This document shows positions 14,030-26,545 of a stretch of DNA of 64,000 nucleotides, piece by piece. Each line of letters starts with the position of its first letter. The first letter of the stretch is position 1. A program made the position numbers and the translations under genes. Below the pieces are notes generated by a model. It was not told the DNA's origin, did not search any database, and saw only the letters and a program-made list of their open reading frames with translations. Location: assembly GCA_964016885.1 (NCBI GenBank), contig OZ024740.1, positions 396,986,001-397,050,000 on the forward strand. Reading direction: 5' to 3'. This stretch comes from Eledone cirrhosa. Its lineage: Eukaryota.

Positions 14030-15700
14030 AGGTCAAAAGATGCTTTGGTGTCCTATTGGACCTTGGTGGATGGCTTCTTTAACTTGATCTGAGTATCAAG
14101 GATGAAGGCAATTCTTTTCAAGTTCACCTGACTTTGCTGAAGTGTTATTTGCATGTTCCTGACTGTGATGGTGAAACCAACCATGTCATAGTTGTCAGAA
14201 TTGTGTAAGTTGATCTCAAGTCTAATTCTCAACAAAGTGGGGACTGCTGAGTAGATGTAATAACACATAACGTCAACAGGTCTAGCTATTGCTATATCAT
14301 CTATGTGCCAATATGATATAATCAACAGCAAGGAGCATGCTTGGTGACCCACAAAATAAATAGCCCAAATGGTAGATCAACTGGACTCATCTAAGGCAGA
14401 CTTTTAGCAGGTGGTCCCATTGCATACAGCTGAAGGGATTTTTTCATGCCAAACTTTACAATAAGGTATTGGGAATATTTTGATTTGAGCTGAAAGTAGA
14501 GTCTTTGTTGAAGTATCTAGCAGTGTGGGTGGCACCTTCTTATCTGACTGTGATACTGAAATATTGACTGCCAGGACAATATTGCACATGATTCAATTCC
14601 TCACCCATTTGACAGACAATTGACTTTTGCCATGAGCCTCCAAAACACTATGGTAAAGCATTACAGCTATAGTGGTCAAAAGAAGAGATCATGAGCATGA
14701 GGGTCAGGACACTTGATGGTGAGGGTCTTGATCATTTTGGTAGATGATGACCAGTTTCAGGGATATGAAACAACACCAAGTCTTTAAGGTGGCTGAGTGG
14801 GAGCTATCAGCATCTCTGCTGCTACTTACAGGGAAAAGCAGCATTGCAGATATATTTCAATTCAAGGCTATGTACATAAGATTTATATTTGATAAAGGGA
14901 TGTCTGAAGTTTGCAGATGGAATGAGATACTTTATATTTTCTTGGTAAGGTAAAGAATAGCATTATCCAAGGCAATTACTTAAACAACAACTGATACATT
15001 GCTTTTGATGTGTTTTGCTTTTACACAATTATATAAAACTTTGAATCAATGTTAATAGTGGTGTCATGCACTTGGGTAACAGATACTGGAGTCATTTGCA
15101 TTTGAAACAAATATCTGGCCTAAGATCGACATTTATTAATGTTGTTAGAGACACATTTCTCTAAGTATCTGTGGTGGGAAGCCTAATGAAATAAAAGAGT
15201 TCCTCCCGGTTTCTAGAATAATTGCAATCTAGCATCCTGTTGCACATCATCTGGTGCACATGCTACTTTAGGGATTTTCAGTACGATCTTACAGAGCCTT
15301 CCAAATCGAGCAATATTTCTCAGTGTAGCTTCAGAGTTGAATGGATTTGCTGTTTGATCAATATTGTCATAGTCAGTTATTATTGCTTGAGCAGAATGAA
15401 TAGACAGCTGCTGCATTTTCAGGTAGATAGCACTCTTGAGAGTCAGTGACAGATTGATGCAGTATATATGCAGAAAATAATTGTATCCTGAAAAGATTCT
15501 GTTTATCTGTTTGTTGGTGCTAAGTATGCATTTATTGTATCTGATTCTCTATTTCTTGTCATCTGCAACCCAAATTTTCTTCATTGATACTTCAACGATT
15601 ATTACACACAATTCTTCATTCTGTAGAAAAGCACTCTATGATGGAATATTGCTTCTCACATGCAAACACACATGCTAAACATAAACAAACCAAGCTTCTT
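14030..15700 (-). mobile_element. Possible very old LTR (Gypsy-like) internal remnant
   Basis: GC-richer island. Minus strand near 15080-15120 reads PDICFKCK*LQYLLPKC (degenerate gag knuckle spacing); faint integrase-like remnants at 14050-14700. No LTRs seen. Confidence 0.3.
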
Positions 15701-17189
15701 CCCAGTTATGCTAATGTCACTTACATGTTCTATTTTTCACATCTAAGAAGTGTCCTTCTTTAGATTATATGCAACATCCTCTTTTCTTGGACACATCAGA
15801 AAAATTACATAAACAATTAAATAAAATTCTGTCAGATTGTCATGTACAATACAACTTGGTAGAATGTCTGTGATATCAAATATATATTGGGGAAAGTGAA
15901 TTGAATATTGCATGTTTAAAAGTGTAGTAAATGGTAGAAGTGATACCAAGCCAAACTAAATGTATTTTAATTATGTCAATTTTTAATCTGGTATCAAATG
16001 CTATTAGGGTCTATTTTGTATAGTTTTCTCTTTGAATTCAGTAAAATGAGTACGAATAATATACTTGGTCAATTCAATTAACTGTTCATTTCTCATACAA
16101 ATTATGACCTTGTGTGAGCCAATATGAGGAATCAGTGATACATCAGTAAAGTACTGAGGTGCACACAATCACCCAAATTGTATGGCCTTGTGCCTGTATA
16201 AAAATCTATATTACATAGTTAAGTGGACAGTATCACAGAACAGAAGTAAGATTCTCATAAGATGAGTCCACTATGTGATTTTCATATCTGTTTTAAAGCC
16301 ATTTCATTCTGTGTATGCTGTGATTATTTCTTCCTCGAAAATATAGGCCATAGTCAAATGAAATTAATATTATGTATTAAAAGAAGAGCTATAGACGAGA
16401 TTCACTAGAATATTGTTTGATGTGGAATGATTTCTGTCAACATTGGTGTTGAACAGTCCAATGTCCATTAAGATTTCTCCATAAGAATAATCTCTGTATT
16501 AAAAAAAAAGTTTCAGTGACAACTTAAAAATTTTATTTATTTATTTTTTTTTCAACTAAAGTTTCCACATTATTGCATATCTGGCCATGTGTTTAACTGT
16601 TGAGTCATTGGCCACATGGGATGGATTTGCATTTTGTATGCAGTATCCTTTTAAATATCAAGTATGATTTAAAAAATTATAAATAAAACAGCAAAGAATG
16701 TTTCAGAGAAGCTAACCCTTCTATCACATAAATCAATGAACATATTTCTTTATTATAAGTAATTGAATAACAGTTAAAATCTAACAGAGGCATCTTATAT
16801 TATACATATTGAATATTGATTTCTAATTTAGGCACAAAACCAGCAAATTTGGGGGAAGGGAAAATTGATTAATTCAACTCCAGTACTTGGCTGGTGTTTT
16901 ATTTCATTGACCCTGAAAGGATGTAAGGCAAATTTGACCTTGATAAATATTAAATATTACTGACATTATCATATAATTAAAATAGATTGCAAGTATAGGT
17001 GGATGATTAAGAAGTTCAATACAGAAACACATTGTCCTGGGCTCAGTCCATGTGGAAATGACTCCAAGCACATCCTCAATTTGACCAATGTTTTGAGAGT
17101 AAAATTTGTGAGACAGAAACTACATGGAAGCCATCATATAAAGTAAACTTCCTAACCACACAGCCATGCTTGCAAACAATATATATATA

Positions 17190-17460
17190 ATGTAAAGTGG
17201 TCGTGTAGGTGTCACGACAAAAAGCACCCAGTCCACACTGTAAAGTGATCATGTAAAAGACATGGTAAAAGGCACCCCGTGCACACTATAAATGTGGTTG
17301 GCACTAGGAAGGGCGTCCAGCCATAGAAAACCAGCCAGAAAGAGTCCTATATTAGTGAGACACGGCCACTTGACCCAACTTGCCTCTAAATGCGACAAAA
17401 CCATCTAACCCATTCTAGTGTGACAGATGGACATTAAACGATGATGATGATGATGATAGA
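17190..17460 (+). mobile_element. RTE-derived 3' UTR/tail fragment (older subfamily)
   Basis: AAAGCACCCAGTCCACACTGTAAAGTG subrepeats, GTTGGCACTAGGAAGGGCGTCCAGCCATAGAAA motif, ...GGACATTAAACGATGATGAT tail. Confidence 0.8.
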
Positions 17461-18911
17461 TATAATCTGTGTGTATGTGTGTGTGTATTTGAATGTTTGG
17501 ATATGTGTATGTATGTGGGATTACAGAGAAAATTTCCAAGTGAGGTTATTGATGCTGGTCTGCATTGATCAAATAACACAGAACGGAGTTCTATTGCTGA
17601 TCTCTCTAACCCATGACAGTAGGAAAACATTACAATAGTAATTATGATGATGATGATGTTGTCAGAGAATTACTTAGGTAATAAGAAGCTTTCAGAATAT
17701 GTGTGTGTGTCTATGAATATATATATTTATTGTTGTTTGTGTATATTAAGATACAATGTGAATCTGGATGAAATACTGAACTATCAATTCATGGGCCATC
17801 ATCCTCACCCTAATCATCTTCGTCATTATTGAAGTAATTATGTTAATATCTAATACTGGCATTATGTTTCTAGATAGAACACATGCCTCAGTTCATGACA
17901 CAGGAAACTTGACACTGGAATCTTCTACAAAAATTATCCAGTATAGATTATTTTCCTATGCTAAGGACATTTTATCTTTTATCTACTTAATGCTACTGAA
18001 ACTTGAATTCAAAACCATTGGCATTGTTGGAATTAACAAACTTCTATTCTCTCTCCCATCCTCCACCCTAGAACATTGGTCAGAAATACTTTCACAGCAA
18101 AGCTATACTTAAATATTTAAATTCGCTAAATGTATGTGTGTGTGTATGTGTGTCTCTATGTACATGAATGGATAGACAAATAGATATATTTCAAAACAGA
18201 ATCTAATATTTTACCCCTTCATTATATTGGCTTCTACATGTCTGAAGGCAAATAAGTATGTTTTCAATATTAATAACTATAAAGAATTCTCATACATCCA
18301 AAACGGAATAAACAGTAAATCTTCCAGCCTATATATTACTTGAAAAACTATGTGTGTGCACGTAATTAGTTGGGAGAGAGCTGGGAGCAGGAATAGAAAG
18401 GAAAGAATGGACAAACTGAGTCGATTTTGCAATATATTGTGTGCGTGTAAGTATATTATAAGACAGAAATTTATTATACAATAGAGGAAAAGAAAAAGTG
18501 ATAGATGTACTGTAAAATAAAAAGCAAGTCAAATCAAAAGAGAGAGAGAGAGGGGGAAGAAACAAGAGGGAGGAAACGTGTGTGTGTGTGTGTGTAATGA
18601 TACAAACTATGCTTAATATTATAATAACAAAACTTTGAATATGACTTTATATAGTAAATGTATGTCGAAATATCATCACACTATATTAATAAATAGTGCA
18701 GGAAGTGTAAAACATTGTAGTAGTGTAAAATATCTAAATATATATACTGCAGCATATCTGCTCAATATTATATATTATGACAGAAGGTTATGAGTGAAAT
18801 TTATGATTAATACCTTTTTATCATTTGTGTAAAGAAAGTATTTTTTCAATGAAATTTTGCAGCATTAAGTAGTATGTTTTGTATTATAGTAACAGAGAGA
18901 GAGAGAGAGAG

Positions 18912-18942
<31 letters not shown>

Positions 18943-20762
18943 TGGAGAAAGAGAGAGAGAGAGATGAAGAATGAGAGAAATATATGTATTTTACAATGAA
19001 GAGTTTAATCTAATATGAAAGAGATAAATAATGGCAAGCATATTATGGAACAAAAAGAAAATGTGAGAGGATAATGTATTATCATCATATAGAGTAAGAA
19101 CATTAGAAAACAACTGTATATTATAGTAGAGAGGGATGAAGAGAGAGAATTAGAGAACTAAGAGAGAATGAAAATTAGGAGTACAAGAAATGTATTATAA
19201 AAGTGAAATTGCATGGATGGATGGGAAAGAACAGAAGAGAAAGAGAGACTAAAAGAGAGAGAAAGAGGGGAGGAAATAGAAAGAGTCAAACTGAAAAGGA
19301 AATGAAAGAAAAAAATATCTAGATAAACATCTGATATTTTTCTTCTTGAAAGAAGAAAATTGAAGCAAAAGAAGAGGAATTTTCATGTAGCCTTATTTCT
19401 ATCATATGGTTTGATAACAGGGTTTTATCTTGATATCTAAGAAATATCTTAATGGAAATGCTATATCATTTGGATGTTTTCCATTAAAAGAAAAAATAAG
19501 ACATTCCTTTTTCCAAAACATATCAGATATGATGATGTCATTTTCTAATGTTAAAAGATTAAGATTATACATTTTCTTAATGTTTTAAAACCATTTTGTT
19601 TTTATAGAATTTATTTTTAGAATGATTACAAAAATATTACAATGTTTTATTTTCTTTCAGGGAATAAAAGTGCTTGCTAGTGTTTCCTAATCCCTGAATG
19701 ATGAAATCTATTCTCTTTTGAAAAAAAGAAAAAAGATCTAAAACAATATAAGATTTGTCCTATTGCAGTAAATTAGTAAAAGAATTGCAACCAGGACCAG
19801 ACTAATGTTTCTGGCAGCCAATAAGCAAAAGCTTCTATTGTGACCCTTTGTCTGAGTATATAAAAAGTGTTTTGAATTGCATTCATATTTTCAAGAGTTT
19901 GCTTATATAAAATGTATCTCTTGGTTATTGCTCAATATAAAACTTAGCTCAAATCAATCTTTTATTGTAATGTACCAGTTATTTCTACTAGAGAATACAC
20001 GTGATATGGAAGCATTCAAGTAAATGCCCAAGAATAGTCTATAGACACAGCTCATTGGATGTGTAGATATATCTGGTTAAAAGTTTTGAATTGAACTTCT
20101 TTAAAATTGTGATGTTCCAGCTATGGTCATCTATTGAGAGACACACTGTTTTAAGATGTTAAACTTTAATTCCCCAATATCAATGTTTGAGAGCCATTAA
20201 ATGGAGTAGGTGAAGTAACTTTCTAGAAAATTCATCATGAACTTGACATTTGTATAATATATGTTTGTAATCTCATATTGCCAAGAATATAACTTGTCAA
20301 GTATCAATTAGTTGAAGGTCACAGTAAAAACTAAAAAGTATTTCAGAATTTCAGAATGTACTCTTTACTGTGACTATGTTATTCTAGAATTTAAGACTTA
20401 AAGCTTGCAACACATACTTTTAAGATGAATGGGAGTTATTTCTTTTTAGGAAGATTTGGCTGCTACTTTTGAGCAGTTCTACAGACTATGCCAACATTCT
20501 CTTTCTGCAATGAGAACATTCTTTCATAAGTCACACCATATCATGTGAGTTTGTATTAGGAATCACTCATGCACTACATTCACAATACTGTATTATCATT
20601 TAACGACACATTGTAGAAGACTTTCTTCTGACTCTGCTGTATCATTAACCATTAGTCCTCTTAGTTACTACGATTACAATGACTTCTGCTCTTCCAAAAT
20701 TGATGACTCTATATAGAATCCACTCACCCAACTATAGTGTTTTTTTGGTTCAGCACTTACAA

Positions 20763-21583
20763 TACAAGGTAAAAAAAGTATCCAACCATATGTCAAGGGA
20801 AAAAATTATGTATTTGGTGGGGTTCAGTTGCTAAACCCCCTTCAAAGTAGTCTTCTTGTGCTTCCACATAGTCCAGCAATCCTTCCACTGCTTGAAGCAC
20901 ATATGAAATGCATCTTCTGGAATGGCTCTCAGCTCTACATGATGCCCATTTGGCTCTTAAAGTGAGTGCCTTCCTGTGTCATATTCGTTTTTGAGATCAA
21001 GCAGAAATCAGAAGGAGTCTAGCGAAGGAGCAAAATGTTTTTCTTTGTCAAGAAACCTTGGATCAGCTGTGATGAGCCAAGGCGTTGTCATGATGCAGCT
21101 GCTAGTTGTGTTACCCCCTCCTCCAATCCGGTCTCTTGCACTGAACTGCATTACAAAAACATTGGAGGACTTGCTGATAGTACTCCTTTGTAACTATTTG
21201 TCCTTCTGATGCATATTCATGATACATAACACTTCTGAAGTTGAAGAAAACAGTTAGCATCACATTGATTTTGCTCTGTCCCTGACATGCTCTTTAGGTC
21301 CTTGGTAATGTTGGATGCTTTCATTGTAATGACTGAGATTTTGTTTCTAGGTAATATTTAAACACCCAAGTTTCACCTCTAATTATCAGGATTCTTGTTG
21401 GCAATAACAAGCAAAATGAAAATTTGATAAAGTAGTACAGCACCTCACATGCTGCCTTCCTGACAGTGACTAACACATCCAACAAGCTTACCAAAGCACA
21501 TGAATATGCATAGAAGCATATGGCTCCACTCTGCATACTTTTGTTGGATACACTATAGTTGGATACTTTTTGACAGACCTTGT
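20763..21583 (-). mobile_element. Internally deleted mariner DNA transposon
   Basis: Imperfect TIRs TACAAGGT.AAAAAAAGTATCCAAC (20763) and GTTGGATACTTTTTGACAGACCTTGT (21558-21583). Minus-strand C-terminus ELRAIPEDAFHMCFKQWKDCW...EDYFEG is typical of mariner transposases. Confidence 0.8.
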
Positions 21584-21852
21584 TTGTCATTAATATCCCA
21601 GACAACATTATAAATACTTTTCATAATCTTTCTGGCTCAGTTTGGCCTCCATCTATAATTCCTTTTTTCCATATCTCTCTTCTCTATCATCAGTACTATT
21701 TTAGTAAAATCATAATATCCCTCTATGCTCCAGACTATGAGAGTACTCACACAGCTTTAACTCGATGATTACTGTCTTACATCTGCAAACTAAGAATAAA
21801 TAATCATAAATTATCCTTGATATAATGATTGATTGTGGTAACTAAATAGCAA

Positions 21853-22060
21853 ATTGTTGTTCAGCTTCAGATCAATCATGATTAAGCAGACCTAGGATCA
21901 AAGTCTTTTCAGCTATGATCATTCTGTATTTTTTTCATATGTAACATATCTAGAAATACATTATCCAATGTGTGCTTCCTTTTTTAAGATAGTAGGGAGT
22001 GAGTTTGAGGGAGATTTTATACTAGTTAGAGCAGGTTGAATGACCATATAGAGGTTTCCA
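21853..22060 (+). repeat. Family X old dispersed repeat, well-preserved copy
   Basis: AAGCAGACCTAGGATCAAAG...ACATTATCCAATGTGTGCTTCCTTTTTAAGATAGTAGGGAGTGAGTTTGAGGGAGATTT...GACCATATAGAGG. Confidence 0.75.
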
Positions 22061-22161
22061 AAACAAATTAAAAGTTTAGGTTTGATTTCCAACAAAAGTT
22101 ACTGCATTTAAATAGCTGATGACTTAGAAAAATATGGCAATGATATTATTTCCTATTTCCA

Positions 22162-22347
22162 GGCGGGGGATTGGCAGTATCGGTAGAGGGTCGGACACCA
22201 TGCTTTGATGCATAGAGTTACTGCCCTTGCCATTCTGAGTTCAAATCCCGCCAAGGTTAACTTTGCCTTTCATCCTTACGGGGTCGATAAAATAAAGTAC
22301 CAGTAATACACTGGGTAGTTGCTGGCCTTGTGCCAAAAGTAGAAACA
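22162..22347 (+). mobile_element. Full-length SINE-A with perfect 17-bp TSD
   Basis: ATTATTTCCTATTTCCA at 22145-22161 and 22348-22364; intact A and B boxes. Confidence 0.96.
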
Positions 22348-23219
22348 ATTATTTCCTATTTCCATTCTTCTAATTCTTACACAAAGAATTATTTTAAAAT
22401 TATGTAGTTGTTAGGGTTCGTTTTTGAAATTATTGCTGTCTAAGAATGAGGAATCAACACTGGTATGAAATACAAATGATCAGATTTGAAATTCTGAATA
22501 CTGTAGTATAAAGCTGACTTTAGTAAAAGTTATATTCAGATATTCTGTCAGAACTGCGACTATTTAAAATTATTAGTAAGGTTGAAAACAACAAGCAATT
22601 ATTGGAAATCTGGTCAGATAAATCAGATTATTTGAATGGAAGCTTTAAAATGAAGTTAGTTGAATTTGATAAAATTAGTTGAAATTACATTTTCTTGTGA
22701 ACAGATGCAGAGCAATATAACTTTGGAGGATTTTGAAGATATCTCAATTCAGTTTAGTTGATTATAAAAGAGAAACTCTACTACATATTCTACCTCCCAA
22801 GAATACAGATTTCAAGTATACAAAGAAATCAGTGAATATGAATACGCTACATTAACATATATTAAAGATTATTTTATTTTGTATGTATTGTTTCAGTACC
22901 CACGATTTCCACATCAAATTGAAAGGTAACCCACACAAATGTTGTATAATATTGTGGTCATTATAAAGTAATTACACACACACACAGATGTATGTATGCA
23001 TGCATGTATATATATATTAGGAAAGAGACAGAACTCTCAGGTCAGCCTATTTTATTCACAATCATGCATACCACTTGTTTCACAAATGACCAGCTTGGAG
23101 CTTTAATTGGTTATAATCAACTCAACTCTAGGATTGATTTGCGCATTAGATACAATGGAGATTAGAATTGGAATATGTTTACCTCTTACCAGTAGTAAGT
23201 TATATTACTTATCAACTGG

Positions 23220-23267
<48 letters not shown>

Positions 23268-23269
23268 TC

Positions 23270-23412
23270 ATATATGATGGACTTCCACAAAGTTTCTATC
23301 TACTAAATTGTATTTACAAAGCATTGGACAGCTCAAGGTACCCTGCAATGGGACTGAACCCAAAACTACAAAGTAGCAGAGCAAACCTTTTAACCACACT
23401 ACCATGCCTGCA
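23270..23412 (-). mobile_element. Older tRNA-derived SINE head (SINE-B), degraded
   Basis: Minus strand reads GCAGGCATGGTAGTGTGGTTAAAAGG...GGGTTCAGTCCCATTGCAGGGTACCTTGAGC...GTAGATAGAAACTTTGTGGAAGTCCATC. Related pieces at about 17000-17140, 37975-38130 and 61530-61680. Confidence 0.65.
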
Positions 23413-24197
23413 CAACTTAAAGCTGCACACAGTTCACCTTCTATTCTTAGCACTAAATAAGCTGAGTGTTAACTTTATTGTTTGGATATATATATATATA
23501 TATATGTGTGAGTGTGCTCAGTTTCTATCTATTTCACATCCTTTAACTATTTATAAATTGACTATTTTGAAATACAGATTCATGGCATATAACTTATGTT
23601 GAAATTCATAGAATTATCATGTTCAGCATAATGTTTCAGTAACCACATTAAATCACTGAAAGAAATGTTTTTATATGACCAGATACAAAGATTCATTTTC
23701 AATATATGCTTCTGGGTCTTTCAAAGAATCAATTAATTCCCTTGTGATCTCAGGAACATAAGTATGAAGCAACTCAAAATACAATCTTGTCAGATAATTA
23801 ACGTTCTAGTATTTAATAAATCTTGAATTGAATGAGAAACTGCAGATTCCTTGGGCATACATAATCAGATTGTTAACATGATTTATAAAATATTCAACAA
23901 ACATTAGCAAAATCAAAATACTTTTACTCGCATATGTAAAATATAGTAAGAGTTACAATAAGAAAAACAAGAGATACATTTATTTCCTCATTAATTTTGA
24001 TCTGCAGGCAAAGAGAGATATTTGCTTTGGTATTTGTAACTAAATGTATGTGCTAGACTGAATAACATTCAGTAAAAAATAAATAGACAAAGGTCTGTGA
24101 AAGTGAAGGCTATTTTTAATATTCAACTGACAAATGGGCAATTAAACTTAATTCAAAGAGAATTCTCTACATTCATCTGCTTTTATCTAAGTAAATA

Positions 24198-24281
24198 TAC
24201 AGGATGTCCTCCCAAAATGTATACACATATTTATTAGAATGCTGTTGAAGTATGTATACATTTTTTGGGTGACACCCTGTA
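24198..24281. mobile_element. Tiny Tc1/mariner-type MITE (~30-bp TIRs, TA flanks)
   Basis: TACAGGATGTCCTCCCAAAATGTATACA ... TGTATACATTTTTTGGGTGACACCCTGTA. Confidence 0.7.
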
Positions 24282-24637
24282 TATTTACACACACACACAT
24301 TCTATCATCATTTTATTTTGTTTTTTATATTGGCATGGGCTGGATGGATTGTCATAGTGTAAGACTAGACAGACAACTTCTTGTTCATACTTTCCATGTT
24401 GGCATGGCTTCTAAAGCTGGATGCCTTTCCTAATGCCAACCATTTTATAGAATAAACTAAGTACATTTTATCATGGTACTAACATCAGGGTGTTTGTTGT
24501 TTCCTTACCAGGGCAGTGACAAATGCAGTAATTGGGAAGAGGGATAAGAATATGATGGAAGTGGTACTGTGGGTGGATCAATGGTAACTACATGTTTGAT
24601 ACCAAGAGAGAAGAGGGTGTGTTGGGGAGGAAGTAGA

Positions 24638-24699
<62 letters not shown>

Positions 24700-24701
<2 letters not shown>

Positions 24702-24825
24702 CCAAAATCAGTTCCTGTATGAGCAAGGCATGGTCAGCCGACCAGACACTGCCCACAACAGGACAACCCGTCTAACCCATACTAGCATGGAAGAACGGAT
24801 GTAAAACGGTGATGATGATGATGAT
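24700..24825 (+). mobile_element. 3' tail fragment of RTE family A, next to a long (TA)n
   Basis: Close match to 36520-36648 (GGTCAGCCGACCAGACACTGCCCACAACAGGACAACCCGTCTAACCCAT...AAAACGGTGATGAT). Confidence 0.9.
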
Positions 24826-26167
24826 TTATAAGTTAAAGGAAGAAGAGTAACATGGTTGGCTGCACAATGAGGACTTTATTTAAAGTACTGACAATTGTTT
24901 CGTTGATCAGGTGTGTCTAGAGTTAAATAATCGCTTAAGGTTGCATCAATCGATCTCCAATACATTGTTTACCACTTGTCAACACATCAGAGTACATAGA
25001 TATGAAAATAATTCACTCGAGGAGTATGTATACATTTTTTGGGTGACACCCTGTATATTTACACACACAGACACACACACATTCTATCATCATTTAATAT
25101 AGAGGAGTAGCATAAAACAAAACAATAACATCAATAATAGAGCAGCGTATAATTAAAACAATAATATCAATAATAAAACATGTATGGTAAATAGATAGAG
25201 AAGTTACAGATGTAAAAAATGACAAGCAAGATACAATGTAGGGTACATTAAAAAAATAATAATAAGAAGAAAATGAGAAAATGGAAAATACAAAGAAATA
25301 AAAGAAATGAAAGAGTGATATGTTGTACTTAGAGTTAGATTTTAGTAGTTCCTAATAAAGTGTTCCTTGGTGCTAACATGAGAGGCCAGATTTTATAAGT
25401 AGATAAATTTGTGTGGAGGGTCCGGTAAAATAGAAAACAATAAAATAGAGATTAATTGATGTATACTATCTAACCGGATTACCTCTAACTGGATTACCTA
25501 TAACGATAACTTGTTATCCCATATATATATATATATACACACACACATATATATCAGAAGATAGAGTGAGAAATAAAAGAAGAAATAGAAAGATAGAGGA
25601 TATGTGTGTGTGTGTGTTTACATATATATATACACATACACGCAAACACACATACACTTGCATGCATAAGCTCTTAACTCCTGATTAAGTCATAGAGGTG
25701 CATTTAAACCTGGCAGAGCCTATCCTTCTTCAGGTGGGAATACAGTTATTTCTTCCAATGAAAGAGAGAGAGAGAGAATATGATATATATCAAATGAAAA
25801 CTAGCCTCTCTCCATTACCACGTAACACTGAGTTTGTTACTGGAGCTACCATAGTAGTAAACTCTATTTCACTGGGCAATAGGAGTCAGACTTTACTGAA
25901 CCAAGAGACGCTGAGGAAGATAGGCCAGTTCAAATAAGTTACATAATCCCACCAAAGTGCACTTCTAACTTGCAGCTGCACCATGAATGGCATATTAGAA
26001 ATTGTGACAGCCTGGGTAAGATATTTCTTTCTCTGTTGTTGTTGTTGTTGTTACTATAATTGGAGGTAGTATGTATGCAGCCCAATGTATTTCATAGTGT
26101 TTCCCTTTATTAATGTGTGTATCCACTCTGCTGAAAAGAGTCTCTCTCATATTATTGAGTGTATGGG

Positions 26168-26545
26168 TATCATCATCATCATTGTTTAACATTCATCTTC
26201 CACACAAGTATGGGTGTCGCTCATACAGAACTGTTTCTGGCAGGTTTTCTATGGCTGAATGCCCTTCCTAACACCAACCACATTTACAGTGTCGACTGTG
26301 AGCCTTATTATCATGTCTCCTACACCACTTTACAGTGTGGACTGGGTGCTTTTTGTCGTGTCACCTACATGATCAATTTACAGTGGACAAAAATGGGAGG
26401 ATGGAGTAGGAGGTGTGGGGTGTTAAGAGGTGCCTACTGATTGTAGGTTTAAGTTTGTATGCAAGGGAAGGCAGGTCTTCTGTATAACTGCAGAGCGCCG
26501 AAGATCTTGATCCAGTGACATTGTTTTAGAGAGGTACACCTCTAA
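26168..26545 (-). mobile_element. 5'-truncated RTE copy related to family A
   Basis: (CAT)n tail, UTR subrepeats, and ORF end LSKTMSLDQDLRRSAVIQKT on the minus strand, matching LSRTMTHDRDLWHHAVIQKT. Confidence 0.8.
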
